The notes beneath the pieces are model-generated. The model was not told where the DNA came from and ran no database searches. It worked only from the letters and a program-made list of their open reading frames with translations. Shown piece by piece: positions 11,330-22,539 of a stretch of DNA of 41,408 nt. Positions within the stretch are counted from its first letter, which is position 1, and each line of letters begins with the position of its first letter. The DNA is taken from NCBI RefSeq assembly GCF_048593235.1, contig NC_133620.1, forward strand, positions 28,142,364-28,183,771, read 5' to 3'. This DNA comes from Sminthopsis crassicaudata. Its lineage: Eukaryota. The translations under genes were made by a program, and so were the position numbers.

Positions 11330-12345
11330 GGTGCTAGCCTGTAGTAGCCTTACCTGAGGAGGCTGACTATGAAGGACCAGAAGTGGGCAAATGCAGCTTA
11401 GAACCCGGACTGAGGAATTCCTGATAACAGGTAGCCCCTGACTATTATTGAGCAGGGGAGATCTGGGTCTCACAGTATCATTTTGACAGCTGTGTTGAGA
11501 TGATGGGAAGCAAGGAGAAGAAGTTGGGGGGAGGATTGGTTAAGGGGATTTACTAATTAAGGATTTACTAATTTACTAAGATATAAAATTCATGAGGAGA
11601 TATAAGGCAAATGGCCTCTATTTTCTCAGTTAAGTGAAAGCTGAAATCCTCTGCTGAGAGGGATGGGAGGGGAGGATGTGGGAGGGCTGGAGATTTGGAA
11701 CAGCTGCTGGAGTAGGGGAGGAGGGGGGTGGAGAATAAATTAGGGATGAGTAAAAGGGCGGCCTGGCCCATTCAGCAGCACACTGAGTACAAAAAAAAGG
11801 CAGCTGGGATGGGGGTGGGGAGGATAAATCCAGGTTGGGGTGGGACAAGTCGTGATGGAAGACCTGAGCCAAAAAGACTGGGTGATGTGGTCCTGATGAA
11901 GTGGAGGATGAACATGAGGCAAGAAGAAGAAGCGGGGCGGGGGTGATGGTTTGGGCAGGGAGGGCAGCTGGGAGGAAGGAGGGAACAGTGGACGTAATAA
12001 GAGCGGGTCCAGGGAGAAGTGGACCGGGTCTCGGCATTCCTGATCTTGAGAGCGAAGCCCTTTGGACAATGAACAATGAGGGGGTGCCCTCTCCTACTGA
12101 GACTTCAGCTGAGTGAAGATGAAGGGGGATACACTGGGGGGAAGCGCCTTTGAAGGGCATTGAGAGCTTGAGATGGTCCTTGGGTAGGGAGCTAGGGTTT
12201 GGGGTCCAGAGGAGACTGTGGTCCAGGTGCTGAACTCCTGGAGAAGAGAGGGAGAGTGCCTTGGATGCTGAGAGCTGGAGGGGTGATGTAAGCGGATGGA
12301 GGAGGTCCAGGGATAGGGAAGAGTGGGCAAGGTATAGGGTCTGGA
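11330..12345 (-). mobile_element. Second L2 fragment (EN domain, linker, then 3' part; internally deleted)
   Basis: Minus strand IRLHHP..HSPSLLQEFSTW; tcagcagaggatttcagctttcacttaactgagaaaatagaggccat; cacagctgtcaaaatgat..cccctgctcaataa. Confidence 0.7.
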
Positions 12346-12364
12346 GATTAAATAAAATAATCCA

Positions 12365-12407
12365 GGTACGAAGCGCTGCAAATCTTAAAGAACTACATGA
12401 ATGCTAC

Positions 12408-12487
<80 letters not shown>
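12365..12487 (+). repeat. MIR3/L3-type 3' tail expanded into (TTA)n (12408-12487)
   Basis: gtacgaagcgctgcaaatcttaaagaactacatgaatgcta followed by ~26 TTA units; explains the poly-Ile and poly-Leu ORFs. Confidence 0.9.
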
Positions 12488-12488
<1 letters not shown>

Positions 12489-13549
12489 CTATCCCTGTTA
12501 TGGGTAAGGAGTCTGATACATTTTTTCCTTACCCAGTGAACCATGGAGCTAATATGAAAGGCCTTCTGGGGGAAGCAGCAGGAGCTGGGAGGGTGTAGGA
12601 GGAAGGTCTCTGATACAGGGAGCTTTATTGGCTATAGAATGAGTTCCAAGGAGTCAGTAGAGCTGAGTGGGGACTGGGGAAGAGCAGGTTGGGCTGAGGT
12701 GGATGGAATGAGATGGGGGAGGGCCACGGGAGGGGACTGCATTTTACTCAGTCATTCTGTTTCCCAGTGATGAGATCTTCCATGTTGGGTTTGGTTGGCA
12801 GAGGAACTTAATTAATTAATAATTTCCCCCAAATAGGCTGGGAGAAGGCACTGATAGAGATCCAGTCAGAAATGCAAGTTATGTGGGACCCCTGAAGCCA
12901 CCCTCTGTGGAGGTCTCGGCAGTCTCACCTCACCATGTCCTGTCATATCCCAGTCATGTCCCCAGGGTTATATTTTCCCTATAAAATCTATTTATGGGCC
13001 ATCCCTCCCATGGCCAATGCCAGTTACATATATAGCAGTGTGTGACCCTTTCAGTTTCTCCTTAGGAGACACTTCCCCCCCTTCTCTCTCTAGACTGATG
13101 CGGCCTCCAGGTGTCTTGGGGAAATCTAGGAACTTTTGTACCTTAAGCTCTTTTCCCCCTTCTCTGCAAATGAATAGGTCGTGGACTAAGAGAACCCTTA
13201 AGTTAATTGAAGAAAATGGGACAAAATTGCATCCAGCCAATAATTTGTTCCATTGCTGAAAAACTTGTTCTTCTTGCATAAACTTTTGCAATCAAAATAA
13301 TTTATATTAAATGAGGAAATATATGAATAATCTCTTAATTTGTATTTTAATAATATATATATATTATATAACATAATGTATATTTTAATTACATATTTTA
13401 ATAACATAATGTATATTAAAATATTTTGCCTCTGATACATACATCTATGCCATAGACATATAAATATTTTTCCTTTCATTAGTTCTGAAAAAAAATCTAA
13501 TTCCCCATTAGATTAAACATTTTAAATAGATTTTCAACCAATCTGCTTA

Positions 13550-14230
13550 AATTCATTTAGAATTCCTGGGTCTGTATCCCAAAGAGATCATAAAAGAAGG
13601 AAAAGGACCCACCTGTGCAAAAATATTTGTGGCAGCCCTTTTGGTAGTGGCAAGGAACCGGACACTGAGTGGACGCCCATGAGGTGGGGAATGGCTGAAT
13701 AAGTTGTGGTATATGCATGTTATGGAAAATGATTGAGCAGCAGGTGATTTCAGAGGCCTGGAGACAATTACATGAACTGATGCTAAATGGAGTGAATAGA
13801 ACCAAGAGAACATTGTTCACAACAACAAGATTATACAATGATCAAGCCTGATGGGCGTGGCTCTTTTCAACAGAGAAGTCATTCAGGCCAGTTCCAATAG
13901 ACTTGTGATGGAGAGAGCCAGCTGCAGCCGGAGAGGGGACCATGGAGACTGAATGTGGGTCACAACAGAGTATTTTCAACTTTTTTGTTATTGCTCGCTT
14001 GCACTTTTTTTCTTTCTCATTTTTTTTCCCTTTTTGATCTAATTCTTCTTGTGCAGCATGATAATTGTGGAAATACGTAGAGAAGAATTGCACATGTTTA
14101 ACCTAGATTGGATTACTTGCCATCTAGGGGAGGGGTGAGGGGAGGGAGGGAGAACACAAGGTTTTCCAAGGGTGAATGCTGAAAACTATGTTTGCATATA
14201 TTTGGAAAATAGAAAGCTATTTAAAAAAAG
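13550..14230 (+). mobile_element. L1 ORF2 end plus 3'UTR
   Basis: ctgggtctgtatcccaaagagatcata..gtggcagcccttttggtagtggcaaggaac..; ends in an A-rich tail. Confidence 0.88.
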
Positions 14231-15007
14231 AAAGAAAGAAAGTAATTGCAGTGACCATTCAGTGTTAGTGGGATTTTAGAGGCTGAATGAAAATTAAGTT
14301 TCTATACCCCAAGTCTCCGGGACAAGTTCTTGCTATGTAGCCAGAAAGGTAGATCTCTCCATTATGTAACATGCATTTTAATTGTAAAATATAAACTTTT
14401 TAGTTTTATTTTAGATCATTTGGGATAATTCTATATAAGGTTATAGTTCACCCTCCTCTCACTGTTCCTTAGTCTGACCTGAGCCCTTCCCCCACTTCAC
14501 TGATTATTGGGGGACATGGAAAGACTCCCACTAGTGCTTAGCCCTTCTTTGTGCCCCCCCCCTTTAGCTGAAATTTCTTTAACTTTAGACATTTCCCCAA
14601 CAGGTCAGCTCTTCATTCCTCAATCCCTAATTCCTCAATTCATGACATACAAGTTAGTTCCAGCCTTCCACCAAGCTGCCCACTCAGGAAAAAGGGACCT
14701 TAAAAGCCACACTTCTAAACCCCTATTTTAGAACGGCCTATGTTTACAAGATGTTAATTATAATTTTTGCTTTTATTCTTCAAGTCTGTGGTTGTTCTAA
14801 GAGCAAAACCATTCCCACAATGCTACAGATCTGCTTAGATAAGATGCCATATCAAAAGAGCCTATTTAAAATCCATTCAGCAAATTCTCTGATATTTTAT
14901 TAAGTGCATCATGGTCTCATTGATTCCCACCTCCCCTCATATCGGCCCTGAGATAGCTTCAGGCACAATGATTTGTAAGCTTTTTTTCTTTTTCTTTCTA
15001 TTTTTAG

Positions 15008-16337
15008 ATATGAAATCTCTGCCGAGAAAAATGGGGAGAGGGGAAAGACTATAAGTAATATTATTTCTAATAAATTTCTATAATTTGAATCCAGGGATGG
15101 ATGAAGACCAATAAATCAGAAAACCCGCCATCCCAGAGAAAGGCTACAGAACTTCAGAAGGTTTGTTCATCTGGACTAAAAAAAGGGAGTTTCACGGATA
15201 TATTTTTGAGGCCGAGTCTTCTAACTTGATTCCCCAAATTGTATTCCTTTCTATGAAAGATTCCCCCTTACTCCCGAGTCTGGCAAGAGGGTGAAATTCA
15301 TACCTGGAGTCAAACAACTCAGATCGCTTTGTCCTATCCCTTTTTTTCTCTTATAGCATAACTATATTCAGAGCAAGTGGTAAGCTTAAAAGCCATGAGC
15401 AAAGTCAAGTATAAAACCTTCCATTTCCTATCTGAAAACATGTAGTCCTTAGGTAAATGAATATTTGGCCTGGTCATCTGCCTGTTACTAGAAATATACC
15501 TTATTTTCAGATAAATCCAACATATGTACAAATATTTATACAATAATCTTCCGGCTTTGATTTGATGATTTAGAGAACTTTAGTGCAAAGTTTATTTTTT
15601 TAAAATGTAAGAGTTTTTTGGGTTGGTTTTTTTTTTGTTTGTTTGTTATATCCATGCAAAAAGTCAATTCTACTTAAGCTAATGGCAAATAACATCTGTG
15701 TGTCCTGTGTGTCTGTGGTACAAACATGTTTTCTTATAAATAATTATTTGATATGCACAGACCACGCCATTGGCTTGCTGAGAAGCTGTGACACTGGCCT
15801 TCTAACCCCCCCCCCCAGTTCTCCAGGCAATGGACTTTTGATTAAAATCCCATTCCAAGTGGGGCTCTCTGGAAACTCCATCTTTACCGTGTCCAAATAG
15901 GGCATCAGCAGGGAATATGACCTTGGCTTTCTATCTCCCCAGGGAAGCCTGTTTTTACTCCCGATGCAGAGGAAATTCCTCAGGAGGAAGAGCCAGGCCA
16001 GCCCAAGGACAGCAACTCTCTGCAGTGACTGGCCTTCATGTCCCCAAACTGTGAGTAAGGCACTTAAAACTGATGATTATCTCCCCTCTGCTGACAGACT
16101 CTATCTTCAGAGAAGGAGATGTTTATATTCCCTTTGAACACACACCTCCCGGGCGAGAGCTCTGTTCTTGGCTCTCTCTCAAGCTCTCCCTGTCCCTCCC
16201 TGTGGGTTCCTGTCAGGGGGTGCCAGGACAAAGCCTGCTTCCAACCCGTCGTCCTCTCCCCGTTGCCCAAGTCCTTTGGAACACCTTGGCACCTGTGTCC
16301 GTGGCCACCCGAGGGACCCCTTTACTACTGTCCCTGA
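15008..16337 (+). other. Candidate unannotated multi-exon transcript (coding, non-coding or decayed gene)
   Basis: Splice-like signals define blocks 15008/15095-15160, 15357-15379, 15511-15606, 15943-16050 and 16217 onward. No homologue recognised. Confidence 0.3.
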
Positions 16338-16519
16338 CCTCCACTAGTTAGGTTTGTTTTCTTCCAAGATTTCAGAGATTCACCTTCACGTGACCAGCAC
16401 AGGAGCTACTTTCAGAAGATGAGATCATCTCCCCATACTCCAAAGGACTTTGGATCTCATTTTTTAAAAGGGAAACTTTAACCAGTGTGGTCTATGGACC
16501 CGACATGGACAACTAGAGA

Positions 16520-16600
16520 TCCTCGGCTCCACCCGCCAATAATGGCAAATGTCGGGGTCTCCCAGGCTCTCCCTCCCCCGCCAATCACAGGTGTTTTTCC
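16520..16600. promoter_or_regulatory. Tandem GC-box/CCAAT modules in a weak CpG cluster
   Basis: ccacccgCCAATaa and cccccgCCAATca ~45 bp apart; CpGs retained across ~16150-16680. Confidence 0.35.
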
Positions 16601-17157
16601 TGTGGTCTCGCGTATGAATTCTAATAACAGCAGATTTCTTTAGTACTCTCCCATAACAGAATTTGTGAAGCGCCTACTGTGTTCCAGGCACAAAGGAGGC
16701 ACTAGACAGTGTCTACATTTGGAATTAGGGAGAGGAAGAAAGACTAAAGACAGGCTCTGGCCTAACATACAAACAACTTGGGACAAGTGAGCTATAGCCG
16801 GTATTCCTCAGAGACAACCTGGGGGAGATTTGAGCAGAATCCGGCTTAAATGGACTTTCTTCCCCAGCCTCCATGAGGTTAGAAGGAGCCCTTTGGCAGA
16901 TGGAAGCTTGGAGAGCGTCCGTGACCAGCCAGAACCCCCTAGGTGGACGTTACCACAGCTGGTTCCCAAAGCCAAGTCTCCCAAACTCCCTGCAGTTTGG
17001 ATGTGGTCTTCCTCCATTTAACCCTCAGCCATTTGGATTCCTTTAGGTTCCTAGATAACTGAACAAGGTCTTGCTGTTCAAGAATCCCTCCTTTGTACTT
17101 TTGTGACTTGTCCTGACACTGTCATCAGGGGAGAGAACTTAGACCCACTAAGTCTAA

Positions 17158-17299
17158 TTTTTCCTCTGAGACAATTGGGGTTAAGTGACTTGCCCAGGGT
17201 CACACAGATGGAAGTGTTAAGTATCTGAGACCAGATTTGAACTCGCGTCCTCCTGACTTCAGGGCTGGGGCTCCATCCCCTGCGCCACCTGGCTGCCCC
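17158..17299 (-). repeat. WSINE1-type SINE
   Basis: Reverse of ggggcagc.aggtggcgcag..gaagtcaggaggac.cgagttcaaatctggtctcaga..gtgtgaccctgggcaagtcacttaacccc. Confidence 0.85.
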
Positions 17300-17938
17300 C
17301 AGAACCACTAATTCTGAAGAGTTGAAAGTGGACACTCCCAACCAAAAGTCCTACTATGATATGCATTGGCAGGGAGGGGCTTAGTATGAAACCCCCCAAT
17401 GGCTGGGGGAGCCCACCGCCTCTCAAAATGGTCCATCCTCTGAGGGTAGCTCTCAATCTTGGGAAGTTTCTCTTGCTATCTGACCTCAGTTAGTCTCGGT
17501 GAAGCTCCACCCTTTTTATTTTAGTTCTATTCCCCGGGGACCAAATAGATCAAATCTACTCCCTCTGCCACCTCATAGTCCTCCAGATGCTTGAAGATCC
17601 GGCTCACCTCTATCTTCTCTGTCCTGCTGTGATCTTTATGTGGAACGGGAGGTGCTCATCCACCTTCGAAGTCCAGCTTTCCACTGGACTCTCACCAAGA
17701 AGCAACAGTGCGACCAGGAGCCACACCCAGAAAACAATCTCCACGGACCCTTTAAACCAGAGTTCTCAAATCATGCAAAGTCCTTTCCTTTTGTGCTATG
17801 GTGGCTGGTGTATAAATTGTCAACTGTAACCTGTGTGTTGCCAGAGCTAAAACGGAGCAGGCTAGAGACAGGGGAGGGAGGACACAAAGAGAACTTCAAT
17901 TTCAGAGTGAGAAAACCGTGCTTGCAGGTGGAAGCTCC

Positions 17939-18121
17939 CAGGGTGGCCACTTTTACACAAGAAAGGGGCTGGCCACAACAGTCATTCTTAGATGTTGAGA
18001 TAGTTTTCATGAGATAATAGCATTTAGATAAGAGAACAGAAGCATTTTTGAGATGATAGGTATCCTTGGGTCCCCTAAGAATAGCCATCGTCTCAAGCTT
18101 TGGGGGGTCGTGGCCACCCTG
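17939..18121. mobile_element. Possible hAT-Blackjack-like MITE
   Basis: Perfect 12-bp inverted termini CAGGGTGGCCAC / GTGGCCACCCTG, resembling the AGGGTGACCA termini of MER81/MER94; no TSD found. Confidence 0.4.
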
Positions 18122-18329
18122 CAGGGGCACAGAACCAGAATGCTGCATCAGGAACATGGGTACAGTACCTTCCAGTGACAAGGAACAGGGATGGGGGGCC
18201 CTGAATCCCTCAGTGAACACCGGGGTGTTGCTCCAAGCACTTTTCCTGAGGGTGCTAGCATCCAGAGTTCACAGAATAATTGTTCTGCCAAGCTCCGGAC
18301 ACCGCCTGCTTGCTGGACCTTAATCCTGA

Positions 18330-18715
18330 GAAACGGGGTGTTTCCAAAATATTTTGACAAAATAAACTGTTCTGGTTTTTCTCATTTCCATGTGCATCAG
18401 TTCATGTAAATCTTCCCAAATTTCCTCAGAACCTTTCTATTTGTCACTGTTATGCCATAATAATATTCTATTACATTTCCTTATCACAATTTGTTTCTTC
18501 ATTCTCCAACTGGACGCACAATCCCTTAGTTTCCAGTTCTTTGCTCTTAAAAAAAAAAATGTTATATTTTAAATTTATAGTCATTTCTCTCTATCTTTGC
18601 AGTGTGTGCCCAGAGCGACATCAGAATTAAAGAATACACAGTTTAGTGAATTTGGGAGAGTAGTTCCAAATTTCTCTTCTGAATGACTGGAACAATTTAC
18701 AGTTTTATTAGAATG
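18330..18715 (-). mobile_element. Old L1 3' fragment
   Basis: catcagttcatgtaaatcttccc..ataatattctattacattt..cccttagtttccagttctttgc. Confidence 0.75.
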
Positions 18716-19049
18716 CTTGTCCTGGTGTCTGTGTTTAAGAGAGATTCCCCTGCTAGCTATCCTTCTCTTTGGATTTCAATACCATGCGTCAGCCTGGGAC
18801 TTCCCTCAGCACTGGGCCTTCTCACCCTCACCTTTCTCTCATTAATCACCCACTGTAGCATTGTCACCCTGAAACATTCCTCTGCTGTGCTGGCCCCCTT
18901 TCCCCATTGATGAGTTCCTTTAGGAGCCTCTATTTTAGGGGGGCTCCCAAGCAAGGTGACTTTCTGTATTTCAACAGTGTGTCTCCTCTACCAGGTATCT
19001 TTGACGCGGTCGGGACCAATAATGTGATTTAGGAGAGCAATTGATTGGT

Positions 19050-19701
19050 GTAGGCACCCAGTGTTGGGGCTCCGTTATGTGAAGAATTCACAATGGCTGC
19101 TCTCTTTGGCAAAAACTAGGTTTATTTAGGAGAAGAGGTTACAGACAAAATGAAGAGATACAATAAACACCAGGAGCGGTGAATGTGAAATAGAGTGGGA
19201 GGGGATTTAGTTAGCAAAGAAATTAATAATCAGTGACGGAAAACACAAGTTCCCCAATGGAACTTAGATTAACCAGGAGAAAGGAAACACCCACAAAACT
19301 GGAGTATGTCCTCAGCTGGCAGGCTAGATAGCAAAAGAGATTCAACACCCGAAAAGAGTTAGTTATAAGGAAAAAGAACCATGGCACATGGGGGCAAGTT
19401 GGGAGAGACCCCACAAAGCCCCATAAAGACACATGGCATGGATGAGGGGTGAGGGGAAAGACACCATGGCTCAGAGTGCTCTGGAGGGATTCAGCAAAGA
19501 TGGCGTGAGCCGAGGACAGGTTTAGAGGGGAATCCAAGCTTGGGAGTTTGACAGGAGTCAGATTTCTGACAAAACAAGGTGGGGCGGCCCATGATCTCCT
19601 CAGAGGTGAGAACATGAGCCTAAACAGACTCCTATCGCAATCCCCCATTAATATTCTGATTTTTTCTCAGTTAATCACTCCCAATTATCATCATCTTCAC
19701 A
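19050..19701 (-). mobile_element. ERV1-like LTR
   Basis: Minus strand starts TGTGAAG at 19701; AATAAA at 19121-19126; ..gaattcttcaca..ccccaacactgggtgcctaca end. TSD not identified, so the left boundary is uncertain. Confidence 0.7.
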
Positions 19702-19899
19702 CACACCACCCCATTCTCCGTCTTCCTTTTTTGTATTATCTTCTCCCATTCAGATGTAATCTTCTTACTTTCTTTGGCTTTCTTTGCTTGTATTTATAGC
19801 CACAGGACTTGGCAATGTTTAGCGCCTAGCCGCCCACAACTTTTCCGTTTTCTTTTCTGTTCATCCTTCATCATTTTTGCAAATCTGAGGGGGAACCTT

Positions 19900-20310
19900 C
19901 CACAAACATCCATTAAGCACATGGTGAGTTCCAGGAACTGAAATAAAAAGCAGATCTTGCCCTCCAACAGGTTACCTGCATATAAGATACCTACAGAAAG
20001 TATGGGGAGGTGGAGCCAAGATGGCAGACTAAAGGTGGAGCATGTGGAAGGTAATCTCAAGGAGGGAACTAGCACCTGAGGGGGGACGGGAAAGGTCTCC
20101 TGCAGAAGGCAGAACTCGAGCTGAGTTTTGAAACCAGATGGAGGTGAGGAGGGAGAACATTTCAGGAAGGAGGAGAGAAGACACAAAGACAAAAGATTGT
20201 GTGTTGTATGAAAGGAACAGGAAGTAGGTCAAGAGAGCTGAGTCAGAGAGGACCTGGGAGAAGAGTAGGAAGAAAGGTAGGAGGGAACCAGGTAAAGAAA
20301 TTGAAACGTC
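19900..20310 (-). mobile_element. L2 3' fragment
   Basis: gggaaaggtctcctgcagaaggcagaactcgagctgagttttgaa matches reverse L2. Confidence 0.65.
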
Positions 20311-20319
20311 CATTGGGAG

Positions 20320-21000
20320 ACTTTATAGAGAGAAATTTGAAACTGTGCCCAAAGGGCTTTCAAACTGTGCATACCCTTTGATCCACCAGTGTTACTACTG
20401 GGCTTATATCCCAAAGAGATCTTAAAGAAGGGAAAGGGCAAGAATGTTTGTGGCAGCCCTCTTTGTGGGGGCCAGGAACTGGAAACTGGATGCCCATCAG
20501 ATGGGGAATGGCTGAACAAATTATGCTGTATGAATGTAATGGAATATTATTGTTCTGTAAGAAACGGCCAGCAGGATGATTTCAGAAAGACCTGGAGAGA
20601 CTGACAGGAACTGATACTGAATAAAGTGAGCAGAACCAGGAGATGATTGTACACAGCAACAAGACTGTACAATGATCAATTCTGATGGACGTGGCCCTTC
20701 AACAATGAGATGACCAGTTCCAATGGTCTTCTGATGGAGAGAGCCAGCTACACTCAGAGAGAGACTGTGGGGACTGAGTGAGGATCACCACACCACACTT
20801 TGATTCTTTTTGTTGTCTGCTTGCATTTTGTTTCCTTTCTGATCTTATTTTTCTTGTGCAACATATTAGTAGAAACATGTATAGAAGAATTGCCATCTAG
20901 GGGAAAGGGTAAGAGGAAGGGAGGGAAAAAATTTGGAACACAAGGTTTTGCAAGGGTGAATATTGAAAGTCATCTATGCACATGTTTTGAAAATAAAAAT
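20320..21000 (+). mobile_element. L1 ORF2 end plus 3'UTR
   Basis: LLGLYPKEILKKGKG..MEYYCSVRN motifs; 3'UTR with AATAAA. Confidence 0.88.
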
Positions 21001-21001
21001 C

Positions 21002-21143
21002 TTTTTTTTACCTGAGGCTGGGGTTAAGTGACTTGCCCAGGGTCACACAGCTAGATAGCGTTAAGTGTCTGAGATCAGATTTGAACTCGGGTCCTCCTGA
21101 ATTCAGGGCTGGTGCTTTATCCACTGCACCATCTAGCTGCCCC
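21002..21143 (-). repeat. WSINE1-type SINE
   Basis: PolyT, then ggggttaagtgacttgcccagggtcacacag..gatttgaactcgggtcctcctga..tccactgcaccatctagctgcccc. Confidence 0.9.
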
Positions 21144-21799
21144 TCCTCTCCCTTTATCAGTAAAAACACAGGTAAAGAAATGAGATCAATATTGGTAATC
21201 TATAGTTGGAATGATCCAATAATATTCTACTCTTCCTGAATTCACCAGGCAGTGGAGCGCTCACACACACACCCCAATGGCTATTACCCTTTCTATCTCC
21301 TTTTAATGTTAACCACTTTATAATCAGTCTTTTAAATCTTAAATAAGTGGTACAAAGAACAAATCAGAAACAATGAATAACTATGTAAAAGAAAAGGATA
21401 ATGAAACAATATAATCTGTCTTCTCTAGTTGAAATATTTTGCTTGTAACCATTCCCTTTCCAGCTCTATCCTTTTTAATACCTCCCTTTTCTCTCTCCAG
21501 GCCCATTTAATGTATTTCAACACTTTCTGACCTCTTGAGTATGTTTGTTCGGCCTTTATTTTCCAAATTTGGATAAGAACAAGGATCCGGAGATTCTGCT
21601 CCCCATGACCACACCTTCTCCCAGTTTGCATATTCTGCTGCTGCTTCTTTTGTGAGAAGTATTAATTTCCTCTTTCTTCCTCATTTATTCCCTCCTCTCA
21701 TTTCTTATTCTTTTAGAAAAAAGAACACAATTTCTCACACGCCTTAAGTACTTTCTTCTTTGTTCCCTCTTTTGATCACTGCCAGGTGGGTATTTCAGT

Positions 21800-22030
21800 G
21801 GATATAATTCTGGACCAGGAGTCAGGAAGAGGTGAATTCAAATGTGGCTTAGGTACTTACTGTGTGATACTAGGCAAGTCACTTTTTGCCTCAGTTTCTT
21901 CACCTATAAAATGGGGATAATAACAGCATCTACCATGAAGATCTGTTGAAAGGACTCAATGAGATTATGTGTAAAGCACTTAGTACAGTGCCTGGTACAC
22001 AGGGCATGCTATGTAAATACTTATTCTCTT
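21800..22030 (+). repeat. MIR
   Basis: caggagtcaggaagaggtgaattcaaat..ggcaagtcactt..gcctcagtttcttcacctataaaatgggg..gtaaagcacttagtacagtgcctgg. Confidence 0.85.
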
Positions 22031-22264
22031 TCCTTTCCCCTTGGAAACAGTTGGATTCTGAAGGGACAATGGTCTCTTGTTTTCTTGGTAGATTCATTAC
22101 TTAACTCCTTCAAATAGCTCAAAGAATTTATTTAGCTTTCTTGGTTTCTCATCAGAGTCTAATTCTAGTTTTCATAACAGAAATGATTGAAAGTTATCTA
22201 TTCTATTATAGATCTATTTTTTTCCCAGTATAATCCCACTCAATTTTGCTGGATGTTAATCTTA

Positions 22265-22510
22265 GTCATTGGAGTACATTAGACAAAGTGCCAAGCCTGG
22301 AATCAAGAAGACTCACCTTTCTGAGTTCAAACCCAGCCCCAAATTCTTTCTTTGTGATTCTGGACAAGTCACTTAACCCATTTGCCTCAGTTTCCTCAAC
22401 TATAAAATGAGCTAGAAAAGGAAATAGCAAACCACTATCTCAAGTATCTCAAGAAAACCCCAGTGGAATCAATTGAAGAACTGAATACAACTGAAAAATT
22501 GGAACAATAT
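22265..22510 (+). repeat. Mar1-type marsupial CORE-SINE
   Basis: CORE followed by the RTE-like tail gaaaaggaaatagcaaaccacta..agtatct..aagaaaacccca. Confidence 0.75.
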
Positions 22511-22539
22511 AATCTTAGTCATAAGCTTTTTTTCATTTG

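Noticed and set aside
12261-12598. Poly-Leu and poly-Ile ORFs resembling signal or membrane peptides
   Set aside because: Translation of the (TTA)n microsatellite.
12590-13030. Possible reverse LTR (tgtagg..tttattgg..gttaca)
   Set aside because: No TSD, and part of it looks like reverse L2; insufficient support.
14975-15094. GT..AG pairs at 14975-15007 and 15055-15094 as introns
   Set aside because: At 33 and 40 nt they are below the usual vertebrate minimum intron size.
15558-15560. In-frame TGA as selenocysteine
   Set aside because: Flanks match no known selenoprotein, there is no CxxU-type motif, and no SECIS was recognised; a nonsense change or chance is simpler.
18995-19025. PBS after the 19-kb LTR (TGGTCCCGACCGCGTCA)
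   Set aside because: No convincing match to any tRNA 3' end I can recall.
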